DNA of 32,000 nucleotides. Origin: Candidatus Altimarinota bacterium (GTDB taxonomy: Bacteria; Patescibacteriota; Gracilibacteria; UBA1369). Below the pieces are notes generated by a model. The model had not been told where the DNA came from. It saw nothing but the letters and a program-made list of their open reading frames with translations, and did no database searches. The stretch covers positions 120,001 through 152,000 of the forward strand of contig JBAZYK010000002.1 of NCBI GenBank assembly GCA_041659405.1. Direction: 5' to 3'. Positions 18,895-26,806 of this stretch are shown here, in pieces. Both the position numbers and the translations under genes were made by a program. How positions within the stretch are numbered: position 1 is the stretch's first letter; each line of letters opens with the position of its first letter.

Positions 18895-20484
18895 ATGGCA
18901 ACAAAAAAAGTTTATCTTATGATTTTGGATGGTTTTGGTGAGGGCAAAGATTACCCGGGCAATGCCATTACTCACGCCAAAATGCCAAACTTGAATCGTT
19001 TAAGAAAAGAATATCCGGTGGCGTTACTTCAAGCTCACGGTGAAGCGGTTGGCTTACCGGCAGGAACACAGGGTGGATCGGAAGTCGGACATTTTACCAT
19101 GGGCGCGGGAAGAATTGTTTTTCAAAAACTTGAAGAAATAAACCGCAGCATTAAAGACAAAAGTTTTTTCAAAAAAAAGCCTCTTTTAAAAGCCTTAAAT
19201 AAAGTTCAAAAAACTCCAAAATCAGCTTTGCACCTTTTAGGAATGATTTCCGATCAGGGAGTTCATTCACATTTAAATCACCTGTTCGCACTTTTGGAAA
19301 TGGCAAAAAAGGCTAAAGTTGGCCCTGTCTACATTCATGCCATTACAGATGGCCGTGATGTTCCCGAAAGAACCGCCGAAAAATTCATCAAACGAATTCA
19401 GGCAAAAATCCATGAACTCAAAATGGATCAACCTTTCAAAACCGGCAATGGCGATAAACTTCAATTTCAAGCCAAAATTGCCACCATCATCGGCCGCTAT
19501 TACGCCATGGATCGTGACAATAATTGGGATCGCACTCAAAAAGCTTATGACCTTTATACTGTTGGAAAAGGCCTCAAAGAAACCAATCCCATCAAAGCTA
19601 TCAAAAATTCTTACGCCAGTGGTATCAAAACCGATTATTATATTGAGCCGATTTTGCTTGATGAACATGGCCTGATCAAACCAAAAGACTCGGTAATATT
19701 CTGGAATTTCCGCACGGATCGAACACGCCAGATCACCCAATGTTTTACAGGAGAAGCTAAAATTGGCTTTAAACCAGCTAAAACTGTTCATCCATTTTTT
19801 GTTTGCTTTGGCGACTATTCAACCAAAGCGGAAGTTGTGTACTCAACCAAAGCTGTAAAAAACAATCTTGGAGATATTTTAAGTCAGCATAAAATCCATC
19901 AACTTAGGATAGCCGAAACCGAAAAATACGCACATGTTACCTATTTTTTTAATAGCCAAGTTGAAAAACCTTTTGCCCTTGAAGATCGAATTTTAATCGA
20001 TTCTCCAAAAACGCCTTCTTATGCCCAAAAACCGGCAATGAGCGCACAAGCAATTGCTGATCGCGCCATTCAAGAAATTAAAAAAAATAAATTCCAGGTG
20101 ATTATCCAAAACTTTGCCAATGCCGATCTGGTAGGCCATTCCGGCGATTACAAAGCCACTGTAAAAGCTTTGGAAGCTATTGATAAGTGTATAGGCGAAA
20201 TCGTTCCCACAGCTTTAGCCAATGGTTACGATTTTATTTTAACCGCAGATCACGGCAACGCCGAATATATGATTTACCCAAATGGAGATCAGTGTCCTTC
20301 CCACACAATCAATCCGGTTATTTGCCTGGTTGCCAAAAGCCAATCCCCACTTGCAGCAGAAACCAAAAACAAGTATAGATTAAGCAAAAAAGGTGGCCTT
20401 GAAGATATAGCTCCAACCATGCTTGATTTGTTAAATATCAAAAAACCCAAAGACATGACCGGACAATCCTTAATAACTAATTAA
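18895..20484 (+). CDS. gpmI: 2,3-bisphosphoglycerate-independent phosphoglycerate mutase
   Basis: MILDGFGEG, GGSEVGHFTMGAGRIVFQ (Ser nucleophile region), HAITDGRDVPE, FANADLVGHSGD, LTADHGNAEYM. Confidence 0.94.
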   Translation: MATKKVYLMILDGFGEGKDYPGNAITHAKMPNLNRLRKEYPVALLQAHGEAVGLPAGTQGGSEVGHFTMGAGRIVFQKLEEINRSIKDKSFFKKKPLLKALNKVQKTPKSALHLLGMISDQGVHSHLNHLFALLEMAKKAKVGPVYIHAITDGRDVPERTAEKFIKRIQAKIHELKMDQPFKTGNGDKLQFQAKIATIIGRYYAMDRDNNWDRTQKAYDLYTVGKGLKETNPIKAIKNSYASGIKTDYYIEPILLDEHGLIKPKDSVIFWNFRTDRTRQITQCFTGEAKIGFKPAKTVHPFFVCFGDYSTKAEVVYSTKAVKNNLGDILSQHKIHQLRIAETEKYAHVTYFFNSQVEKPFALEDRILIDSPKTPSYAQKPAMSAQAIADRAIQEIKKNKFQVIIQNFANADLVGHSGDYKATVKALEAIDKCIGEIVPTALANGYDFILTADHGNAEYMIYPNGDQCPSHTINPVICLVAKSQSPLAAETKNKYRLSKKGGLEDIAPTMLDLLNIKKPKDMTGQSLITN

Positions 20485-21572
20485 TGAAAGCAGTAATCTT
20501 AGCCGGCGGAACAGGTACACGCCTTTGGCCATTAAGCAGAGTTGATAAACCAAAACAGTTTCAAAAACTGATCAGTAACAAAACCATGCTTCAGGAAACC
20601 ATTGAGCGGCTGAACTTTTTAAAGCCCGAGCATATTTACGTTTCGACTAATCATAAATATCTGGAAGTTGTCCGTGAACAGGTAAAAGGTAAAATTCCAC
20701 TGGAAAATATAATTGTTGAGCCGGATTTGCGGGATACCGCACCATGTATTGGTCTGGCCGCAGCTTATTTGGCAAAAAAGTATCCTCATGACGTGATGAG
20801 TATTATTTACGCCGATCATCTTGTACAAAAAAAGGATGAGTTTATCAAAAAGATAAAAATTGCCGAAAAACTCGCCCATGACGAAAACACACTTAATGTT
20901 ATTGAAGTAAAAGCCAAGTTCCCCAATGTTAATCTGGGATATGTGAAAATTGGCAAAGTTTTAAAAGAAATTAACGGAGTCGAAATTTTCTCTTTTGAAA
21001 AATTTGTGGAGAAGCCGGATTTGGCTAAAGCAAGAGTCTTTTTGCAATCATATAAGTATCTCTGGAATACCGGTTTTTATGTCTGGAGAATTGATACCAT
21101 CCTTAAAAAATTCAAAAAATATTTGCCCACCACCTATAAAAATCTGATGAAAATTCAGCAAAAAATAGGTACCAAAGAAGAGCAAAAGGCGCTAAAAACT
21201 TATTATCCTTTATGCGATAAAATCTCCATCGATTATGGCATTATGGAAAAAGTCGACCCCAAAGAAGTGCGCATCATTCCGGCCGAACTTGGCTGGAGCG
21301 ACGTTGGAACATGGGAATCAATCTTTGACGAACTTTCTGAAAAAGAAACTTCCAATCTGGTCAAAGGCAAACATCTTGCCATAGACACAAAAGGAACACT
21401 GGTTTATGGTGACGAAAAAAAACTTATTGCCACCATCGGTTTGGAAGATATAGTAATCGTCGATACCAAAGATGCGCTGCTTGTATGCAAAAAAGATCGC
21501 AGCCACGACGTTAAAAAACTGGTTGAAAAATTAAAAAACAATAAAACCGCCCATTTTAAAAAATTGCTTTAA
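20484..21572 (+). CDS. manC: mannose-1-phosphate guanylyltransferase
   Basis: MKAVILAGGTGTRLWPLSRVDKPKQFQKL, WNTGFYVWR, SIDYGIMEK, GWSDVGTW. Confidence 0.92.
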   Translation: MKAVILAGGTGTRLWPLSRVDKPKQFQKLISNKTMLQETIERLNFLKPEHIYVSTNHKYLEVVREQVKGKIPLENIIVEPDLRDTAPCIGLAAAYLAKKYPHDVMSIIYADHLVQKKDEFIKKIKIAEKLAHDENTLNVIEVKAKFPNVNLGYVKIGKVLKEINGVEIFSFEKFVEKPDLAKARVFLQSYKYLWNTGFYVWRIDTILKKFKKYLPTTYKNLMKIQQKIGTKEEQKALKTYYPLCDKISIDYGIMEKVDPKEVRIIPAELGWSDVGTWESIFDELSEKETSNLVKGKHLAIDTKGTLVYGDEKKLIATIGLEDIVIVDTKDALLVCKKDRSHDVKKLVEKLKNNKTAHFKKLL

Positions 21573-21578
21573 AGTAAT

Positions 21579-21995
21579 ATGAACCAACAAATGCCAATAA
21601 AAATCAAGGAAAAGCCGTGGGGACGTGAAGTTTGGTTTGCCCACACTAATGCTTATGCCGGCAAAATCCTTGAAGTGCGAAAAAGTGCTCGACTTTCGCT
21701 TCAGTATCACGAAAAAAAATGTGAGACCCAATATGTTTTTGAAGGAAAAATAAAACTCACCTATGGACCAGACGAGCAAAACCTGCAAGAGTTGATCTTA
21801 AATCCTGGTGACAAATTTGACATCTTTCCATATACTCTCCACCGCATAGAGGGACTTGAAGATTCCAAAATCTTTGAAGTTTCCACTCCCGAGCTTGATG
21901 ACGTAGTAAAGCTTGCTGACGATTACGGAAGAAGTGGCAAAGGTAACAACGAAGAGCTCGATAGCGAACTAGCTAAGGATATGCTTCAGATCTGA
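21579..21995 (+). CDS. cupin-domain mannose-6-phosphate isomerase-like protein
   Basis: EKPWGREVWFAHTN..YAGKILEVRKSARLSLQYHEKKCETQYVFEGK matches the C-terminal cupin half of bifunctional AlgA/ManC-type enzymes. Confidence 0.85.
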   Translation: MNQQMPIKIKEKPWGREVWFAHTNAYAGKILEVRKSARLSLQYHEKKCETQYVFEGKIKLTYGPDEQNLQELILNPGDKFDIFPYTLHRIEGLEDSKIFEVSTPELDDVVKLADDYGRSGKGNNEELDSELAKDMLQI

Positions 21996-22033
21996 ACACA
22001 ATTTTTTAATTCTTAATCAATCATCTTCAAGCT

Positions 22034-25000
22034 ATGAAGAATCGACACTTTCTTAAGGTAGGAATCATAATTCTCACCGCTTTAATTCTGGGGTTTATTG
22101 ATCTACCTGCCCAATATCAACAAAAACTCATCGGGGCCAGCCCAACCGGGACTCAATTAAACATACTGGATAGTCTAAAAAAATCTCTACTGGATAGCAA
22201 CTTTCATCTTGGCCTGGACTTACAAGGAGGCTCTCAGCTCGATTATCAAATCGACCTTCGCAAAGTGCCATCAAAGGATCAACAAAACATTATCGATGGT
22301 GTTGTTAATGTCATCAACAACCGTGTTAATGGCTTAGGCGTATCTGAACCGAACATTTATGTTTCTTCCGTAGCCGATGAAAAACATATCGTTGTGGAAC
22401 TCGCCGGAATCAAAGACTTGGAAGAAGCAAAAGCAATAGTAGGTAAGACCATTCAGCTGGAGTTTAAGGAAAGGAAAAAAACTGCTGACACAACTTCTGA
22501 TTCTACCGCAAAAGCGGGAGCAGAAGCTCTTTTGGCAAAAGTTAAAACCGGAGGAGACCTTGCCCTGCTAGGAAAACAGGAACAACAAGCCAATCCTGAA
22601 AAAGTTACCCACACAGAAAGTGATTATCAATATAAAGATGAAACTTCAACAGAAATAGCAGACATCCTTTTTAATACATTAAAAGTTGGCGAGGTTTACA
22701 GCCAAATTGTAAGTGCCAGTGGATCTTATACCGTTGATTCAAGCGGAAATCTTACTCAAAACAAAGGATATGAAACAATTAAACTGGTTGATAAACGTGA
22801 TCAACAAAGAACAATTGATAACAAAGCTTCCGCAAAAGTTGCACACATTTTAATTGCCTATAAAGGAGCTTCCAAAGCAGATGCAGGTGTAGCAAGAACA
22901 AAAGATGAAGCTAAAAAATTGGCTGACGATATTTTAAAGAAAATCCAGGGTGGTGAAAATTTTGAGAACCTGGCTAAACAATATTCAGATGACAAAGCCG
23001 ATAAAGACCAGGGTGGATTATTACCAAACCCGGTCACCGGTCCGGGCGATGGTTACGTAAAACCATTTGAAGATGCCGCCCTGGCTTTAAAGAAAAACGG
23101 CGATCTTTCCCCTGTTACAGAAAGTGAGTTTGGTTTCCACCTTATTAAGGGAATCGAAATCAAAGCAGCTTCAACCGAAACAAAGACAGAATCACAAGTT
23201 AAATACATCAGTACTTTCTATAGTGCTGCTCCGGATGAATGGCAGGATACTGGCTTAACAGGAGCACAATTCATACATGCAGATACCGAATTCACTCAGC
23301 TTGCTCAACCATATGTGACTATCCAATTTAATGACGAAGGAGCAAAACTTTTTGAACAAATCACCGAAAGAAATGTTGGACAACCGGTTGCAATCTTTGT
23401 TGGTGGTAAATTGATTTCTTCCCCAAAGGTAAACGAAAAAATTTCCGGAGGAAAAGCTCAAATCACCGGCAACTACACACTTGATGAAGCCAGCAATCTT
23501 GCCCGCGACTTAAATACAGGTGCAATTCCTGCACCAATCGTTTTGGCAGGACAAAACACTATCGGGGCCACATTGGGCCAGGACGCGCTAAATAAGAGTT
23601 TATGGGCAGGTCTTATCGGCTTTATCTTGATAGCTTTGTTCATGACCCTTTACTATCGTCTACCTGGTTTATTGGCGGTAGTGGCTTTGATGGTCTACTC
23701 AATCATCATGCTTTTCTTGATAAAAATTGCCTTACCAATTGGCTGGGCTTTAGCAATTTCCATTGGCGTTTTTGTCTATTTGATTACCCGCATCTTAAAC
23801 TCCAAAGAATCTGGTCCGGAAAAAGGAATTTCCCTGATTCTTTCTTGTTTCATTCTCTTCTTCTTAAGCTTCTTACTTTCCACACCAATCGTTATGACTT
23901 TAGCCGGTATTGCCGGTGTGATCCTTTCAATTGGTATGGCTGTTGATGCCAATATTCTTATCTTTGAAAGAGTTAAAGAAGAACTTCGTGATGGCAGACC
24001 ATTAAGCGCCGCTATTGAAATCGGTTTTGACCGTGCTTGGAGCAGTATTCGTGATTCAAACTTCTCTTCCCTGATCACTTGCAGCATCCTTTTCTACTTT
24101 GGAAGCTCAATCATTCAAGGTTTTGCCTTCAACCTTGCTGCCGGTATTTTGGTTTCCATGTTCACGGCAATCACAGTGAGCAAAACTCTTATTGGAGCTT
24201 TAACAAGAACTAAACTGGCTGACAAACTTTGGTTATTCGGCGCTCCAAAAAATAAAGAAAGAAAACTTTGGCCAATCATCCAAACTCGCAAAATTTCTTA
24301 CATCATTTCAGGAGCTTTGCTTGTTATTGCCCTAATTGGTATCCCGGCTTTTGGCATTAAATTAGGCTTGGACTTCACGGGAGGAACTTTGATGGAACTA
24401 AAATTCAAAACTCTCCAGGGTGAACAAATGCAACAAATCAGTCTAATCGAAAAAGCATTAACAGAAAGCACCAATGCTTTGAATCAAAAAGTAACAACTC
24501 CGGCTGCCAACAATAATCAACCGGCTATAACCGGAACAGACAGCAAGATTGACCTTGGGACTCCACATATCGTTCCAAGTGAGCAGGGTTACCTGATCAA
24601 GACCAAAACCATCACTTCGGATCAGCACGACCAATTGCTCGTACAACTCAAACAACGCTTAGGTGATTTTGAAGAGGTTCACTTTAACACTGTTGGCCCA
24701 ACAGTAGGAGAAAGCTTACGTTACAAAGCAATCTTTGCCGTTATTATAGCGAGTTTGATGATCATCATTTACATTGCTTTCGCTTTCCGCAGAATTCCTC
24801 GCCACATTGGTAAATGGAAATTCGGTACAGCGGCTGTTGTTGCCCTTTTGCATGATCTTGGCATTATGCTTGGTGTTTATGTTTACTTTGGTGTGTTCTT
24901 TGGAGTACAGATCGATGCCCTGTTTATTACAGCCATGCTCACGGTTCTTGGCTTCTCGGTGCACGACACAATCGTAGTATTCGATCGTATCCGTGAAAAA

Positions 25001-25276
25001 CTTAAGTATCAAAAACGTGATGAAAGCTTCACGGAAGTTTCTAACCAGGCTGTAAACGAAACTATTGCCCGTTCTATCAATACTTCACTTGCAGTATTCC
25101 TGACTTTACTTGCTTTAGCGATCTTTGGAGCTGAAAGCGTCCGCTTCTTTGTCATAACCTTAATGGTTGGTATCGTTGCCGGTACTTATTCTTCAATCTT
25201 TATAGCTACACCTATTCTGGTTGATTGGAACTTGTACAACGCAAAAAAGAAGCTGGAAGGCGGCAAGAAGAAATAA
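22034..25276 (+). CDS. secDF: SecD-SecF fusion protein translocase with embedded parvulin (PpiC-type) domain
   Basis: SecD: HLGLDLQGGSQL, GMAVDANILIFERVKEEL. SecF: GLDFTGGTLMEL, ALLHDLGIMLG, GFSVHDTIVVFDRIRE. Rotamase domain: KVAHILIAYKG...FENLAKQYSDD..DQGG...FEDAALALKKNGDLSPVTESEFGFHLIKG. Confidence 0.94.
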   Translation: MKNRHFLKVGIIILTALILGFIDLPAQYQQKLIGASPTGTQLNILDSLKKSLLDSNFHLGLDLQGGSQLDYQIDLRKVPSKDQQNIIDGVVNVINNRVNGLGVSEPNIYVSSVADEKHIVVELAGIKDLEEAKAIVGKTIQLEFKERKKTADTTSDSTAKAGAEALLAKVKTGGDLALLGKQEQQANPEKVTHTESDYQYKDETSTEIADILFNTLKVGEVYSQIVSASGSYTVDSSGNLTQNKGYETIKLVDKRDQQRTIDNKASAKVAHILIAYKGASKADAGVARTKDEAKKLADDILKKIQGGENFENLAKQYSDDKADKDQGGLLPNPVTGPGDGYVKPFEDAALALKKNGDLSPVTESEFGFHLIKGIEIKAASTETKTESQVKYISTFYSAAPDEWQDTGLTGAQFIHADTEFTQLAQPYVTIQFNDEGAKLFEQITERNVGQPVAIFVGGKLISSPKVNEKISGGKAQITGNYTLDEASNLARDLNTGAIPAPIVLAGQNTIGATLGQDALNKSLWAGLIGFILIALFMTLYYRLPGLLAVVALMVYSIIMLFLIKIALPIGWALAISIGVFVYLITRILNSKESGPEKGISLILSCFILFFLSFLLSTPIVMTLAGIAGVILSIGMAVDANILIFERVKEELRDGRPLSAAIEIGFDRAWSSIRDSNFSSLITCSILFYFGSSIIQGFAFNLAAGILVSMFTAITVSKTLIGALTRTKLADKLWLFGAPKNKERKLWPIIQTRKISYIISGALLVIALIGIPAFGIKLGLDFTGGTLMELKFKTLQGEQMQQISLIEKALTESTNALNQKVTTPAANNNQPAITGTDSKIDLGTPHIVPSEQGYLIKTKTITSDQHDQLLVQLKQRLGDFEEVHFNTVGPTVGESLRYKAIFAVIIASLMIIIYIAFAFRRIPRHIGKWKFGTAAVVALLHDLGIMLGVYVYFGVFFGVQIDALFITAMLTVLGFSVHDTIVVFDRIREKLKYQKRDESFTEVSNQAVNETIARSINTSLAVFLTLLALAIFGAESVRFFVITLMVGIVAGTYSSIFIATPILVDWNLYNAKKKLEGGKKK

Positions 25277-25299
25277 TTAAACCTAAAGTTAAAACCACT

Positions 25300-25338
25300 A
25301 AAAAAGGTCCTTTCCCTAAAAAAGAGAGGACTTTTTTA
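25300..25338 (+). terminator. Rho-independent terminator downstream of secDF
   Basis: AAAAAAGGTCCTTTC ... GAGAGGACTTTTTT: stem with a single-nt irregularity and a terminal T-run. Confidence 0.75.
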
Positions 25339-25348
25339 AAAAAGTAAG

Positions 25349-25354
25349 TATAAT
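25349..25354 (+). promoter_or_regulatory. Candidate -10 element for the tRNA gene
   Basis: Perfect TATAAT about 30 nt upstream of the mature tRNA 5' end. No good -35. Confidence 0.4.
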
Positions 25355-25383
25355 GGGACCGCAAAACACCTTAAAAGCCTTAC

Positions 25384-25460
25384 GCGCCAATAGCTCAGCT
25401 GGATAGAGCGTCGGTCTTCGGAACCGAAGGTTGTGGGTTCGATTCCCTCTTGGCGCACCA
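25384..25460 (+). tRNA. tRNA-Arg (anticodon UCG), CCA encoded
   Basis: Cloverleaf by eye: acceptor GCGCCAA/TTGGCGC, D arm GCTC-AGCTGGATA-GAGC, anticodon arm TCGGT-CTTCGGA-ACCGA (anticodon TCG), T arm GTGGG-TTCGATT-CCCTC with one U-U mismatch, ACCA end. 77 nt. Confidence 0.93.
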
Positions 25461-25463
25461 ACA

Positions 25464-25550
25464 GATTTGCTACGCAAATCCGGCCGGCCACTACGCCGGC
25501 CTAACAGACATGAGCGCAGCGAATGTCCGCGTCCGCCCTAAAGCGGACAT
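25464..25550. repeat. Cluster of three to four inverted repeats (multi-hairpin element)
   Basis: GATTTGC-TAC-GCAAATC (25464..25480); GGCCGGC-CACTAC-GCCGGCC (25482..25501); ATGTCCGC-12 nt-GCGGACAT (25523..25550), with an alternative GACAT/ATGTC pairing (25507..25527). Confidence 0.75.
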
Positions 25551-25560
25551 AGCAAAAAAA

Positions 25561-25911
25561 CTATCGAAATTCCCTTTGGATTCTAGCCGAAGTCATCAAG
25601 GCATTAAAGACAATCAAACCCTGTTCAAGCATTGAGTCCTTTACTAATTCACTGGACAAATTTTGCCTTAACATTTCCACTATTTCGAGCCAAATTTTTT
25701 CATATTTCACCCCACTCAAACCAAGCTTTTTACGCAAATCAATCCCCTTGCCATTTTTAATTTCAGCCACAAATTCAGCTTGATTAGCTTGGATATAATC
25801 CAAGAGCAGTTTCTTTTCAAAAACAAGCCGTTTATCGGCTTTTATATCAAACAAAAGCTCTAAACGATCTTTAAAAGATTTTTGCTTTAATGTATGTTGT
25901 TCAAGCGACAT
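25561..25911 (-). CDS. hypothetical protein, about 116 aa, helical and charged
   Basis: Open frame on the minus strand (start 25911, TAG at 25561). Antisense to nothing else convincing. No family recognised. Confidence 0.55.
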   Translation of the reverse strand: MSLEQHTLKQKSFKDRLELLFDIKADKRLVFEKKLLLDYIQANQAEFVAEIKNGKGIDLRKKLGLSGVKYEKIWLEIVEMLRQNLSSELVKDSMLEQGLIVFNALMTSARIQREFR

Positions 25912-25978
25912 ATCAAGTTTAAAGGGATCTTCTTTTTACCACATTTAATTGAACATGTCAAGACCAGCAACACGCAAA

Positions 25979-26806
25979 ATGGAAAAACCAACAATTTTCA
26001 TTTTTTATGGAGTAGAAGGCACCCCGCAAGAAAACTGGTTTCCATGGCTTAAAAAAGAGCTAAAAGGAAGCCGCTATCAGGTCATTATTCCGCCACTTCC
26101 CACTCCACAAAAACAGACCTTAAAAGATTGGCTTAAAGCGTTTGAACCATACAAAAAGCATCTAAACTCGGAAAGCATTTTTATTGGTCATAGTTTAGGC
26201 GTTTTGTTTACCTTGAACCTGATCGAGAAATTCAAAATCAAAGCCGCTTATTTGGTAGCTGGATTTGGAAAACTACCTGGAAACAAATTTGATGAAGGAA
26301 TGAAAACTTTCGCCAAAAAATTTGATTGGAAAAAAATTCGCCAAAATTGTAAAAAGTTCTATGTTTTCGCCGGAGATAACGATCCTTATGTAAAATTGAC
26401 GATTTCCAAGGATTTATCAAAAAAGACTCAAACTGATCTGATTCTTGTGCCAAACGGTGGCCACCTTAACCAGAGCGCCGGTTTTAAAAAATTCCCACTT
26501 CTTTTAGAAAAGATACAGAATGTGATAACCCCTTCCTTAAAAGCCAAAAGCCACTCCCCTTTCCAAATTGAAGAAGTCACTTTTGAAAAAGGCGAAATCA
26601 TCGAAATCACACCAGACATGATCATTGGCGATGTAGTCTTAGCCTTTCCCGAAACTTTACCTGTTCTGCAAAATATTGGAATTCATTGTATAGGTTGCTA
26701 CGCAGCCACCTTTGAAAGCATTCAAGAAGGTGTAACAAAACACGGCCTGGACCCAAAAAAAGTCTGTAAAGAACTCAATAAAGCCATCAGAAATGAACTT
26801 CGCTGA
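25979..26806 (+). CDS. YdeN/RBBP9-like alpha/beta hydrolase fused to a C-terminal DUF1858 domain
   Basis: N-term: FIFYGVEGTPQENWFPWLKKEL, nucleophile elbow FIGHSLGVLF, GDNDPYV, GGHLNQSAG. C-term: ITPDMIIGDVVLAFPETLPVLQNIGIHCIGCYAATFESIQEGVTKHGLD. Upstream starts at 25949 (TTG) and 25955 (ATG) are also possible. Confidence 0.82.
   Translation: MEKPTIFIFYGVEGTPQENWFPWLKKELKGSRYQVIIPPLPTPQKQTLKDWLKAFEPYKKHLNSESIFIGHSLGVLFTLNLIEKFKIKAAYLVAGFGKLPGNKFDEGMKTFAKKFDWKKIRQNCKKFYVFAGDNDPYVKLTISKDLSKKTQTDLILVPNGGHLNQSAGFKKFPLLLEKIQNVITPSLKAKSHSPFQIEEVTFEKGEIIEITPDMIIGDVVLAFPETLPVLQNIGIHCIGCYAATFESIQEGVTKHGLDPKKVCKELNKAIRNELR

Noticed and set aside
18895-20484. Possible disrupted catalytic site in gpmI because the usual GNSEVGH motif reads GGSEVGH
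   Set aside because: The Ser nucleophile and flanking SEVGH..GAGRIVFQ are intact. Only Asn to Gly differs, so activity loss is not supported.
26793-26806. Overlap of the hydrolase-DUF1858 gene and priA as a possible frameshift
   Set aside because: A 14-bp overlap between complete, unrelated domains is ordinary compact gene packing.
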